From Candidatus Saccharimonadota bacterium (GTDB lineage Bacteria > Pseudomonadota > Gammaproteobacteria > Enterobacterales > Enterobacteriaceae): a stretch of 32,000 nt of DNA. The notes under the pieces were generated by a model, which did not search any database, had not been told where the DNA came from, and saw only the letters and a program-made list of their open reading frames with translations. Made by a program: the position numbers and the translations under genes. Below are positions 1 to 9,631 of this stretch, piece after piece. Where the stretch lies: NCBI RefSeq assembly GCF_023585745.1, contig NZ_CP097762.1, positions 420,001 to 452,000 on the forward strand, read 5' to 3'. Numbering within the stretch: position 1 is the first letter of the stretch; each line of letters opens with the position of its first letter.

Positions 1-525
1 AAAACTAAATAATTTTCTTTGTAAAATATTTAAAAATATTCCAAAAAATCTATAAAAACTCAATATAACATTAGTTATTAAAATTAATAAAAATATGATT
101 AAATTATCAAAAGTACTAAAATTAGTATAATGTGACATACAATCACATAAAATACTACCTATAATTCCACCGGCATCAAAATAAAAAAAATCATAAAAAA
201 CTAAATGCATTATACTACATAATGCAAATAACGATGCCAAAATTCTAACCAACTTTAAAAAAACATTAAAAAAATCAATACTTAACCGTTTAAAAAAACA
301 TCTCCATAAATAAAATAAAATAAATATTGGAACTATATATGCTGAAATACCAAAAACAAAAAATAAAAAATCAGCTATCCGTGCGCCCAATAAACCACCA
401 AGATTATAAATTGATCCATGCCAAGTACTCTGCATCCAACCAGGGTCATTAGGACTAAAACTAAGTAATATAATAATTAAATACAACAACAACACATTGG
501 TACTAACTAATATGATTATTATCAT
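1..525 (-). CDS. ftsK: DNA translocase FtsK, N-terminal membrane domain only; the gene runs off the left edge of the window
   Basis: Absent from the ORF track because there is no stop inside the window. Hand translation of the minus strand from ATG 525..523 (in-frame TAA at 540..538 just upstream) gives 175 open codons: MIIIILVSTNVLLLYLIIILLSFSPNDPGWMQSTWHGSIYNLGGLLGARIADFLFFVFGISAYIVPIF... This matches the E. coli FtsK N-terminus (..[49 protein letters not shown].., from memory). It is divergent from trxB as in E. coli, with lrp missing. Confidence 0.85.
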   Translation of the reverse strand, partial: MIIIILVSTNVLLLYLIIILLSFSPNDPGWMQSTWHGSIYNLGGLLGARIADFLFFVFGISAYIVPIFILFYLWRCFFKRLSIDFFNVFLKLVRILASLFALCSIMHLVFYDFFYFDAGGIIGSILCDCMSHYTNFSTFDNLIIFLLILITNVILSFYRFFGIFLNILQRKLFSF

Positions 526-1016
526 AATAAAAACATATTAATTAAACATTAATTAATAATTTTATACTTAATTATATCCATTTGTATTAAATATTTCTAT
601 TTAAACAAAACAGTTACTTGGTATATAAATACTTTCATATGTATAAATCATATAATTACTCTTATTAAGGATATCATGATATTCCATAAAATTAATTCAA
701 ACTCACTTGAAAATTATTTTTATAAAAAAATCAAATATTAAAAATTAATTCACAGCATAAATAAATTATTTATTAAATATTTAGATAATAACTAAATACT
801 CAAAATGTATAATACTGAATTATTCTCTTATTTTAACCTATAAAATACTTTTTATAAAAAAAATTAAAAACATAATTATACTGCACAAACATAAAATTTT
901 AATTGAATAATAAAAAATACTAAATATTCAACAACATAAAATATTATTTCATACACATGATATGTGTTATACTTATATGCATAATTTTTATTATTACATA
1001 TTAATGCTAATTTTAA

Positions 1017-2009
<993 letters not shown>

Positions 2010-2291
2010 TTTAAAATTAATTCATTTAAAACAATTAAATATAAATTTAATCATATTAAAACCCACAAATTATATTTAAATTCACTAAAAGTTAAAAACT
2101 TAATTAAAACTTATCATTTAACTTAAAACATCCAAAAACTATAATTTTAATAATTTAATATCATTAAAGCATTTTAATGAGTACTTTTAAATCGCCACAT
2201 AATATTAATTTTTATATATAAATTCATTATTGAACACATATAAATATTATGATAAAATGAAAAATATCATTTAACTCATTCTATATATAAA

Positions 2292-2510
2292 ATGGCCAAA
2301 GAAGATAATTTTGAAATGCATGGAGTAGTATTAGATACTTTGCCAAATACAATGTTTCGAGTCAAACTAGAAAATGGACATACAGTATTAGCGCATATTT
2401 CTGGAAAAATAAGAAAGAATTATATCCGTATATTGACTGGAGACAAAGTAACTGTAGAACTGACACCATATGATTTAAGTAAAGGAAGGATTACTTTTCG
2501 TAGTAGATAA
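2292..2510 (+). CDS. infA: translation initiation factor IF-1
   Basis: 72 aa: [72 protein letters not shown]. Near-identical in length and sequence to enterobacterial IF-1. Confidence 0.97.
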   Translation: MAKEDNFEMHGVVLDTLPNTMFRVKLENGHTVLAHISGKIRKNYIRILTGDKVTVELTPYDLSKGRITFRSR

Positions 2511-2676
2511 AACAAACGCACAATATACTTCCTCACTGTGAATCAGTTGTACATTTAAAAAATTATTTTTAAATATAAAAATCTAAAAATTAAATAGAAT
2601 AATATTCTTATTATAAATATCAATAAACTATGACTCTATACTCTCAAGCATAAAATAGTGATATAATTTTGATGTT

Positions 2677-4878
2677 TTATAAAATCATGCCTAATTTTAC
2701 CCACCAGACACGACCTGGTTCATTAATTGGTTTACCCGCAGTCATAACACCAAATCTCTTATGAATACGTGCACTCAAATACTCTCGATAAGAATGATTT
2801 AACAAATTATCCACGCCGATACTAAATTTATAATATTTAGAACCATTCCATACTAAATATGTTGATAAAGTCCCGCATCCTGCAACACGATCCACTATAT
2901 TTTCCTGAGAAATAAATACGTTATTACTACGATTACATAATAAATTTTGAGATAATATAATACACTTATTAGATCGAGGCGCAAATAATCTCCATAAAAA
3001 ATTAACACTATAGTCCCCATGAATCCATTGACCAATAATCCTACCTTCTAACGGAGGCATCTGCGTCAAAGAACAACGATCATCCGAATTATATCCCCAA
3101 GCCCAAAACATGTTACTCTCAACACAGCAATAATTACTAAATTTATACTGTACCCCTGCTTCAGCACCGCATGTTTTAACATGCGCATTTTTTATTATGT
3201 TACTCTCTTTACTAAACAGCAAATAATTATTCTGTGCAGTAGAAATAACAAAATCTTTAATATATCCCGCGTAAGACGATACCCAACCATTAATATTCAA
3301 AAACTGAAAATTTGCACCAATATCTAACTGTATAGTCCTTTCAGGTTTTAATTTACACACTAAATCATTATTTTTTGACACATTCTCATCATTATAAACT
3401 AAATTAGTCGAAATAAACTCCCAATAATTAGGAAAACATAAACTCGTTCCACAACCAATATAATATAACAACAATGGATTAACATTATTCTCATAACGTA
3501 TAAATCCAGCAGGGTATATCTTACTATATCCTTCACTCCAGATAAAACTATCAAAATCAAATATACTATGTTCCAAACGCATTCCTCCAATCCATCTCAT
3601 ATTAGAAACAGAATCTAAAACTAATTCAGTAAACACACCAAAATCCTGAGAAATAACATTTTTTTTCCAACTATAGTTAGTCCTATCAAACCTTCTATGC
3701 CGATTAATCTGCACATCTATACCGCTAGAACATTGAATATCTTGCAACTGAGTAACAGTAATACCACGAAACCCCCATATTAAACGATCAACATTATTAA
3801 TATTACTATTATTATCATTACAATGATAATCTTTCTTATCAGAAATACCGCAACACATATCTATAAACAATTCTGGGTTCGAATATTTTGTATTATATCC
3901 CATAACATGGTTAATATAATAATACCAAAATTGCAATTCTAATTTATCTAATAATGGCATAAAATCTATATTTTCTATTTTTATACCATAACTTTCTCTT
4001 GCAAAACATAATCCATCCATAGATCGATCAGCATAATTCGCATAACCATTCCCTTGTCCTAAATTAATTTCCAAATGCGTATTATTTTCATAAAAATTAT
4101 ATGATAATGTTGCATCAGCGTTCCATTTATACCATCCAGAATGGAAATAATTTTTATGTCCATCACAATAATCATTAGAATAAGCAGTATTACCTATTAA
4201 TCTAATATAACCAGATTTATCACCTACAATAGTATCAATATTTTTAATAATTTTATTATTCGAGCCAACTAATGCATTACTACGCAATTGAATGTTTGAT
4301 CTGTAAAAATTAGGACAATAACGTTCAAATTGCAGTGTACTTCCAGAAACCATAGGACCCCATAAGACTGTTTGGGGTCCTTTAATAATATTTAAAATAT
4401 CAAAATTTTCTGCTGTAATATATGCGCTAGAAGGATCCATATGCGATGCGCAGGCACCTAATATTTCTCCGTGATCCATCAAAATACGCATTCTAGATCC
4501 AGACATCCCACGAAATAATAATTCATTATTTACTCCACCATGACGCCTAATAGAAAATCCAGAAATAGTCTTCAAATAATCAGCTGTATCAGTGATATTT
4601 GATGATTGTAAAGATATTACAGGTGAATAAATAAGAATGGTCGGAGAACTTTTCTCATCAAAAATTGTTATAATATCACCATATTCTCTATTACTTAGTA
4701 ATAGAGAAGTATCATGATCTGTATTGAACTGTAATTCATCAAAATTAGTATTTCTACTAAAATGTATATCTTTTACACTAGAGTGAATTGTTGTACTAAA
4801 AAAAAATATAATTGATAAAAAATATATTAAAAAAACAAATGTTAAATTAAACAATGTTCTATATAAATAACATTTCAT
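2677..4878 (-). CDS. TonB-dependent outer-membrane receptor, OprC/NosA copper-receptor family
   Basis: 733 aa with an N-terminal signal-like hydrophobic segment. The plug block ADYLKTISGFSIRRHGGVNNELLFRGMSGSRMRILMDHGEILGACASHMDPSSAYITAENFDILNIIKGPQTVLWGP and the C-terminal ..NEPGRVWWVKL closely resemble Pseudomonas OprC as I recall it. CxxxM (C143, M147) and HxM (H324, M326) are present. Family assignment is from memory and has not been searched. Confidence 0.85.
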   Translation of the reverse strand: MKCYLYRTLFNLTFVFLIYFLSIIFFFSTTIHSSVKDIHFSRNTNFDELQFNTDHDTSLLLSNREYGDIITIFDEKSSPTILIYSPVISLQSSNITDTADYLKTISGFSIRRHGGVNNELLFRGMSGSRMRILMDHGEILGACASHMDPSSAYITAENFDILNIIKGPQTVLWGPMVSGSTLQFERYCPNFYRSNIQLRSNALVGSNNKIIKNIDTIVGDKSGYIRLIGNTAYSNDYCDGHKNYFHSGWYKWNADATLSYNFYENNTHLEINLGQGNGYANYADRSMDGLCFARESYGIKIENIDFMPLLDKLELQFWYYYINHVMGYNTKYSNPELFIDMCCGISDKKDYHCNDNNSNINNVDRLIWGFRGITVTQLQDIQCSSGIDVQINRHRRFDRTNYSWKKNVISQDFGVFTELVLDSVSNMRWIGGMRLEHSIFDFDSFIWSEGYSKIYPAGFIRYENNVNPLLLYYIGCGTSLCFPNYWEFISTNLVYNDENVSKNNDLVCKLKPERTIQLDIGANFQFLNINGWVSSYAGYIKDFVISTAQNNYLLFSKESNIIKNAHVKTCGAEAGVQYKFSNYCCVESNMFWAWGYNSDDRCSLTQMPPLEGRIIGQWIHGDYSVNFLWRLFAPRSNKCIILSQNLLCNRSNNVFISQENIVDRVAGCGTLSTYLVWNGSKYYKFSIGVDNLLNHSYREYLSARIHKRFGVMTAGKPINEPGRVWWVKLGMIL

Positions 4879-5196
4879 AACACATATCCATATATAAATT
4901 TATTTTTTTAATAAAAATTAAAAACCTTTTATCACTAGAAATAACTAAATGCACCACATATATAAATAATTTGTTTTAATCTATAAATTTTATATATTAA
5001 ATTTTAAATATCTAAAAAATTTTAGAAAAATATTATATAAACCATATATATAAAACATATAAGAATTTTAAAAATATACACTTATATTTTTTATCAATAT
5101 CAATAAACTGCTAAATACTGTTTAAAACATAGTATAATACATTAAGTATTTGTGATATATATATTAAATAATCTAAAAATTTATAAATTTAATTCA

Positions 5197-5231
5197 TGTG
5201 TTAATATTAACACACTAGATTTTAAAATCTA
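5197..5231. promoter_or_regulatory. two abutting perfect palindromes in the divergent receptor/regulator spacer: TGTGTTAATATTAACACA (5197-5214) and TAGATTTTAAAATCTA (5216-5231)
   Basis: Read directly from the sequence. The first contains G/C in both arms (TGTGT..ACACA, CRP-like half-sites but with an 8-nt rather than 6-nt spacer). Operator function is speculative, because A/T-only palindromes of this size are expected by chance in this composition. Confidence 0.25.
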
Positions 5232-5313
5232 AAATGTATTATTTATAATAAACTATAAATATTTAAAATATTACAATTAAATATGTCCACTTAACATCAT
5301 TATATGTAATTAA

Positions 5314-5336
5314 TATTACAATATTATATTGTAATA
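5314..5336. promoter_or_regulatory. 23-nt perfect palindrome TATTACAATAT-t-ATATTGTAATA, 42 nt upstream of the ToxR-like ORF
   Basis: Read directly. An additional ATTACAAT copy lies at 5270-5277. Function unknown. Confidence 0.2.
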
Positions 5337-5377
5337 GAATATTGATCTGACACAGAACTTTTATATATAGAATACGT

Positions 5378-6064
5378 ATGAAATATATTATTCAATCAAT
5401 CATAGAATTTAATACCACCGAATATATTTTAATATCATTAATTGATTCTAAAAAAATAATAAAATTATCAAACTCTGCCGGACGCATATTAGAAGAACTT
5501 ATTGAAAAACGTAATATAAATACACCAGTAACTCGAGAACATTTGTTCTCAGTAGTATGGAGAACATTTGGTTTAGAACCATCTCATGGTAATTTAAATC
5601 AACAAATTAGCTTAATAAGAAAAAGTTTACTATGTTTAGGGTTAAAAACCCCACCTATTATCACTATCCCTAAAAGGGGATTAAAAATTAATGATAAATT
5701 AATTATAAAAAAACTTACTGAAAATAAACCCTATCTGTCTTCTGATACCCAAATAAATTGCAGCAAAAATAATTTATATAATTCAACAATCCTATTAAAT
5801 TTTAAAAATCATATAAGGTATATGATTTTATTCACAATAACTATAATTATAATATTTATTATAGGAATTTTTTTATTACATCACAAACAACATAAAACTA
5901 AAATTTATTGTTGCAAAGAATTAAATACATGCAAGATCTGCGCTTTTAATACAGAAATAGGATCAGAACATTGTGAAAGCGTGATGCAATGCACCGAAAT
6001 CACAGAAAATCAACAAAAACGCTCCAATTTACATCAAAATAAACCACCCTGCCATCATTCTTAA
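5378..6064 (+). CDS. ToxR/CadC-like membrane-anchored transcriptional regulator: N-terminal OmpR/PhoB-type winged helix, one TM helix, short Cys/His-rich C-terminal tail
   Basis: 228 aa. wHTH signature: AGRILEELIEKRNINTPVTREHLFSVVWRTFGLEPSHGNLNQQISLIRKSL...IITIPKRGLKI (compare CadC ..VLSRDELIDNVW...VTQSISELRKSL..IATVPKRGYKL). Single hydrophobic span YMILFTITIIIIFIIGIFLL (aa ~148-167). The 61-aa tail has 7 Cys and 7 His. No closer orthologue recognised. Confidence 0.6.
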   Translation: MKYIIQSIIEFNTTEYILISLIDSKKIIKLSNSAGRILEELIEKRNINTPVTREHLFSVVWRTFGLEPSHGNLNQQISLIRKSLLCLGLKTPPIITIPKRGLKINDKLIIKKLTENKPYLSSDTQINCSKNNLYNSTILLNFKNHIRYMILFTITIIIIFIIGIFLLHHKQHKTKIYCCKELNTCKICAFNTEIGSEHCESVMQCTEITENQQKRSNLHQNKPPCHHS

Positions 6065-6315
6065 TACAATAAAGCAACTGTAATAATTATTTTATTTATA
6101 AAAATTGCAGCAAACCAATTACTATAAATATTTCTATGCATATTCATAAATGTAATATAATAAAAAAATTTGCATTTAATACACACAAATAACTACTTTA
6201 ATAAAGTATTACACTTGTAAATACATATTAACACACTGATAAAAATAAATTGAAACAATTCATATCTAACTAAATAACAATGCCAAAAATTATGTTTTAA
6301 TGATAAAAAATTATA

Positions 6316-6966
6316 TTATCCGCTATGAACAACATAAATAGCATTAACTTTAGCTAAATAACGTTTAGCCTGTTGAGAAGGATGATGTGATTGTATATAT
6401 TCATAAAATTGCACTGAGTCAAGTTGATTTATTTTTGCAATTGCATTGTTATGGTCAGCATCAAATATTCTGAATAAAGCGTTTAAACCATTTACATATG
6501 CAACGATCAGAGCATAACGTCTGGTATTATCATCAATAATTCCATTTAATTTTTTTTGTAATATAGATAAATACGCCGTACCAATATCAATATTAATTGC
6601 AGCATTTTTTAATTCATTAATACTAGGTTTTCCCATCCATCCTTTTAAACGATAAGCATCCCTACCCGCAGTATCAGCTTTAACTTGCATTAATCCAATA
6701 GCTTTAGATTTACTAACAACAGTAGGATTATAATTAGATTCTACTTGAATGATTGATTTTACCAAAGATTCTTCTACTCCATAATTAACTGCATAATAAT
6801 GTATATAATCATGATACAAATCGCAATTATCCTTGTTAGGATAATTTAAAATCTCATATTTTAAATGAACAGGAAACTTATTATACATAGTATATTTTTC
6901 AACATTTTTCCACGCACAACTTGTCAAAAATAAAATTATTATCAAATACAACACTTGTATTTTCAT
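6316..6966 (-). CDS. emtA: membrane-bound lytic murein transglycosylase (endo-type, EmtA/MltE-like lipoprotein)
   Basis: ESNYNPTVVSKSKAIGLMQVKADTAGRDAYRLKGWMGKPSINELKNAAINIDIGTAYLSIL...ALIVAYVNG..AKRYLAKV parallels E. coli EmtA (..[61 protein letters not shown]..). Canonical lipobox LFLTSC. The track ORF starts at 6990. The ATG at 6966 (MKIQVLYLIIILFLTSC) gives a normal signal peptide, so I prefer it. Confidence 0.85.
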   Translation of the reverse strand: MKIQVLYLIIILFLTSCAWKNVEKYTMYNKFPVHLKYEILNYPNKDNCDLYHDYIHYYAVNYGVEESLVKSIIQVESNYNPTVVSKSKAIGLMQVKADTAGRDAYRLKGWMGKPSINELKNAAINIDIGTAYLSILQKKLNGIIDDNTRRYALIVAYVNGLNALFRIFDADHNNAIAKINQLDSVQFYEYIQSHHPSQQAKRYLAKVNAIYVVHSG

Positions 6967-7068
6967 AATCCTACAATAAATAACATACATTTCACATATA
7001 AAATCATATTTTATATATAAGATTAAAATTCAGACATATATCCGACATATTTAGCATTAAAACTATAC

Positions 7069-7091
7069 TACATATTGTAATACAATATGTA
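7069..7091. promoter_or_regulatory. 23-nt perfect palindrome TACATATTGTA-a-TACAATATGTA between the mntR 3' end and the emtA 5' end
   Basis: Read directly. It could be the mntR transcript-end hairpin or an operator in front of emtA. Same 11+1+11 architecture as the 5314-5336 element. Confidence 0.25.
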
Positions 7092-7164
7092 ATTGTATAC
7101 AGATAATACTTACACTAAAAATAATTTATTCTAAAATAGAACATTTTAAAAAATCCATAAAATT

Positions 7165-7629
7165 TTATCTGTATATATTGTTAGAAAATTGACTAAATGC
7201 CAATAAAGTTTCATAACTAACATGATGTTCCATACCTTCCGCATCTCGCTGTGCAGTTTGCTGACTAATACCTAAAGCCATAAGAAAAGTCTGTACAATC
7301 TTATGCCGTCTATGATTTTCATATGCCAATTGTCTACCTTTTTTAGTTAAAAACACCCCACGATAACGTGGATGCTGAATTAATTCAGAAGCAATCAATT
7401 TTTTTAACATTTTTGCTACTGTAGGTTGCTTAACACCCAGTCTTAAGGCTAAATCTACTTGACGTGCTTCACCAAATTCCCGAATTAAATCCGCAATCAA
7501 CTCAATATAATCATCAATAAGTTCACGACGATGTGCAGCCCTAACCTGCATAAACCCTTGCAAATCATCTGTTTTTTTTATAAAAAACGATAAATCCTTA
7601 GACACTGATCTAATATTATTCTTAGTCAT
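7165..7629 (-). CDS. mntR: manganese-responsive transcriptional regulator MntR (DtxR family)
   Basis: 154 aa. [54 protein letters not shown]...[13 protein letters not shown]...[15 protein letters not shown] is collinear with E. coli MntR (..[68 protein letters not shown]). Confidence 0.93.
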   Translation of the reverse strand: MTKNNIRSVSKDLSFFIKKTDDLQGFMQVRAAHRRELIDDYIELIADLIREFGEARQVDLALRLGVKQPTVAKMLKKLIASELIQHPRYRGVFLTKKGRQLAYENHRRHKIVQTFLMALGISQQTAQRDAEGMEHHVSYETLLAFSQFSNNIYR

Positions 7630-8228
7630 AAAAGCTCGTTTAAAATTATAAAAATATTTACACTACTAAGAATAGTATATCAAAAAATAAAAAAAATTCA
7701 TTGTAGAACAACTCTATCGTAAAATAAATAACATTTTAATTTTAATTTAAACGTAAATATTAAATAACATATATAAATAAAAATTTATATACACCAATGC
7801 TTATGCAGTGATAAATATATCAACATATATAATTACGTATTAAATACATTTAATAAAATATTAAAATACTAGAAATAATTATATTATAATTAATATCGTT
7901 ATGATTCTTATAAATTTAAAAAATTTTTCATTAAAAATTAATAATTAAAACACCAAACACTATTTATAATCAAATTATAGATATATAAATAATACAATAA
8001 CTATTTTTAAAGAAAATTAACCAAAAAATTTTATTTAATAAATATTAATTTCATTTTTAAAATATTAAAATATATATAAATTATTTTTATATGTATAAAA
8101 ATTATTACATTTAAACATTCCTAAATAAAAAATTTGATAATAAATTAAATTTAATAATGAAACAAAATTTTGTTCTTTAAAAAAATTATATATAATATAG
8201 ATAATTAATATTTAAATACAATGATATT

Positions 8229-9344
8229 ATGACTAACAATCATAAAAAAAAAGTTATAGTTGGAATGTCTGGAGGAGTAGATTCTTCTGTAGCCGCGTGG
8301 ATATTAAAACAACAAGGCTACAAAGTAGAAGGATTATTTATGAATAATTGGGAAGAAAATGATGAAGAAACAGAATATTGTACTGAAGCTGCTGATTTAT
8401 CTGATGCTTTCACAGTATGTGACGATTTAAATATATATCTACATACTATAAACTTCTCTAAAGAATATAACGGGAAAGTATTTAAAATATTTTTACAAAA
8501 ATACAAATCTGGATGCACTCCGAATCCTGATGTTCTTTGTAATAAAGAAATTAAATTTAATACTTTTTTAAAATTTGCTTTAAAAAATTTGCAAGCAGAT
8601 TTAATAGCAACTGGTCACTATGTTCGTAACATTAATACAAACACTAATACTTATCTAATAAAAGGAACCGATAAAAATAAAGATCAAAGTTATTTTTTGC
8701 ACACAATTAGTCATAAAAAATTAAAAAAATGTTTATTTCCTATTGGAACATTAAAAAAAACACAAGTTCGAGATATTGCTAGAAAATTAAAATTAAAAAT
8801 AGCTAATAAAAAAGATTCAACTGGTATTTGTTTTATTGCACCCAAAAATTTTAGAAAATTTATACAAAATTATATACCAATACAACCAGGCAATATCTTA
8901 AATACAGATGGTAATATAATTGGCGCACACCAAGGCACATCGTTTTACACATTAGGACAAAGAAAAGGATTAAAGATAGGAGGTATAAAGACAGGAAATG
9001 GGCAACCGTGGTATGTAGTAGATAAAAATACAGCACATAATACATTAATTGTAGCTCAAGGTAAAAATCATCCACGCCTTATGTCTAAAGAATTTATAAC
9101 TGAAAAAGTATTATGGATAGAAAGGAAGATACTAAAATATCCTTTATATTGTACAGTTAAAACTAGATACAGACAACCTGATATTCAATGTTGTATATAT
9201 CCTATTTTTAAAAATAATCTTAAAGTAATTTTAAAACATCCAATTGCAGCAATCACACCAGGACAATCTGCGGTATTTTATCTAAAAGAACGATGTTTAG
9301 GAGGAGGGATAATTTATAAAACATTTCCTATTATCACTGTCTAA
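8229..9344 (+). CDS. mnmA: tRNA-specific 2-thiouridylase (tRNA 5-methylaminomethyl-2-thiouridine synthesis)
   Basis: 371 aa. PP-loop VIVGMSGGVDSSVAAWILKQQGY, plus GCTPNPDVLCNKEIKF, ATGHYVR, KDQSYFL, DSTGICFI. Sits upstream of purB as in E. coli, with hflD missing between them. Confidence 0.95.
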   Translation: MTNNHKKKVIVGMSGGVDSSVAAWILKQQGYKVEGLFMNNWEENDEETEYCTEAADLSDAFTVCDDLNIYLHTINFSKEYNGKVFKIFLQKYKSGCTPNPDVLCNKEIKFNTFLKFALKNLQADLIATGHYVRNINTNTNTYLIKGTDKNKDQSYFLHTISHKKLKKCLFPIGTLKKTQVRDIARKLKLKIANKKDSTGICFIAPKNFRKFIQNYIPIQPGNILNTDGNIIGAHQGTSFYTLGQRKGLKIGGIKTGNGQPWYVVDKNTAHNTLIVAQGKNHPRLMSKEFITEKVLWIERKILKYPLYCTVKTRYRQPDIQCCIYPIFKNNLKVILKHPIAAITPGQSAVFYLKERCLGGGIIYKTFPIITV

Positions 9345-9631
9345 TTCTAAATTAGAAACTAAATATAAAAGTAATTATTATTTACTTATTAATAGTAGTA
9401 TTAATAAGATTAATTTCACAAATCAAAAATTTATATATTAAATATGATATAATTTATTTATAAAGTAAATTACTATTAAATCAATCTGCGCATTAAATGC
9501 AACTATTTTTTATAACTGTATAAAACTACAATATATATTTAATCAGATAAATATATAGAGATAATAATAGATATCTAATAAACAGATGTATACTTATATG
9601 TATATGTAAATTAAAATAATATAGGAATAAC

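Noticed and set aside
671-682. Short palindromes and hairpins in spacers: ATATCATGATAT at 671-682, ACACAT-gat-ATGTGT near 953-967, ATGTTGTA..TACAACAT near 15352-15380, and CTCTTT-acat-AAAGAG at 24651-24666
   Set aside because: The stems are 5-8 bp, mostly A/T, with no flanking U-runs and no recurrence. They are consistent with chance in two-letter-like sequence.
3875-3884. GGGTTCGAAT, a T-loop-like motif that could hint at a tRNA
   Set aside because: It lies inside the well-supported receptor CDS. No acceptor, D or anticodon stems can be drawn around it.
5092-5105. Tandem TATCAA-TATCAA (TTGATATTGATA on the receptor strand) resembling part of a Fur box upstream of the TonB-dependent receptor
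   Set aside because: Aligned to the 19-bp Fur consensus GATAATGATAATCATTATC, I get only about 11 of 19 matches. That is indistinguishable from background in A/T-rich DNA.
7630-8228. 599-bp mntR-mnmA spacer and other long A/T spacers inspected for CRISPR-like arrays, tandem repeats, IS ends or small RNA genes
   Set aside because: Only low-complexity A/T runs and short A/T-only palindromes were found, at a frequency expected for the composition. There are no regularly spaced direct repeats, no terminal inverted repeats flanking an ORF, and no tRNA- or rRNA-like G/C patches.
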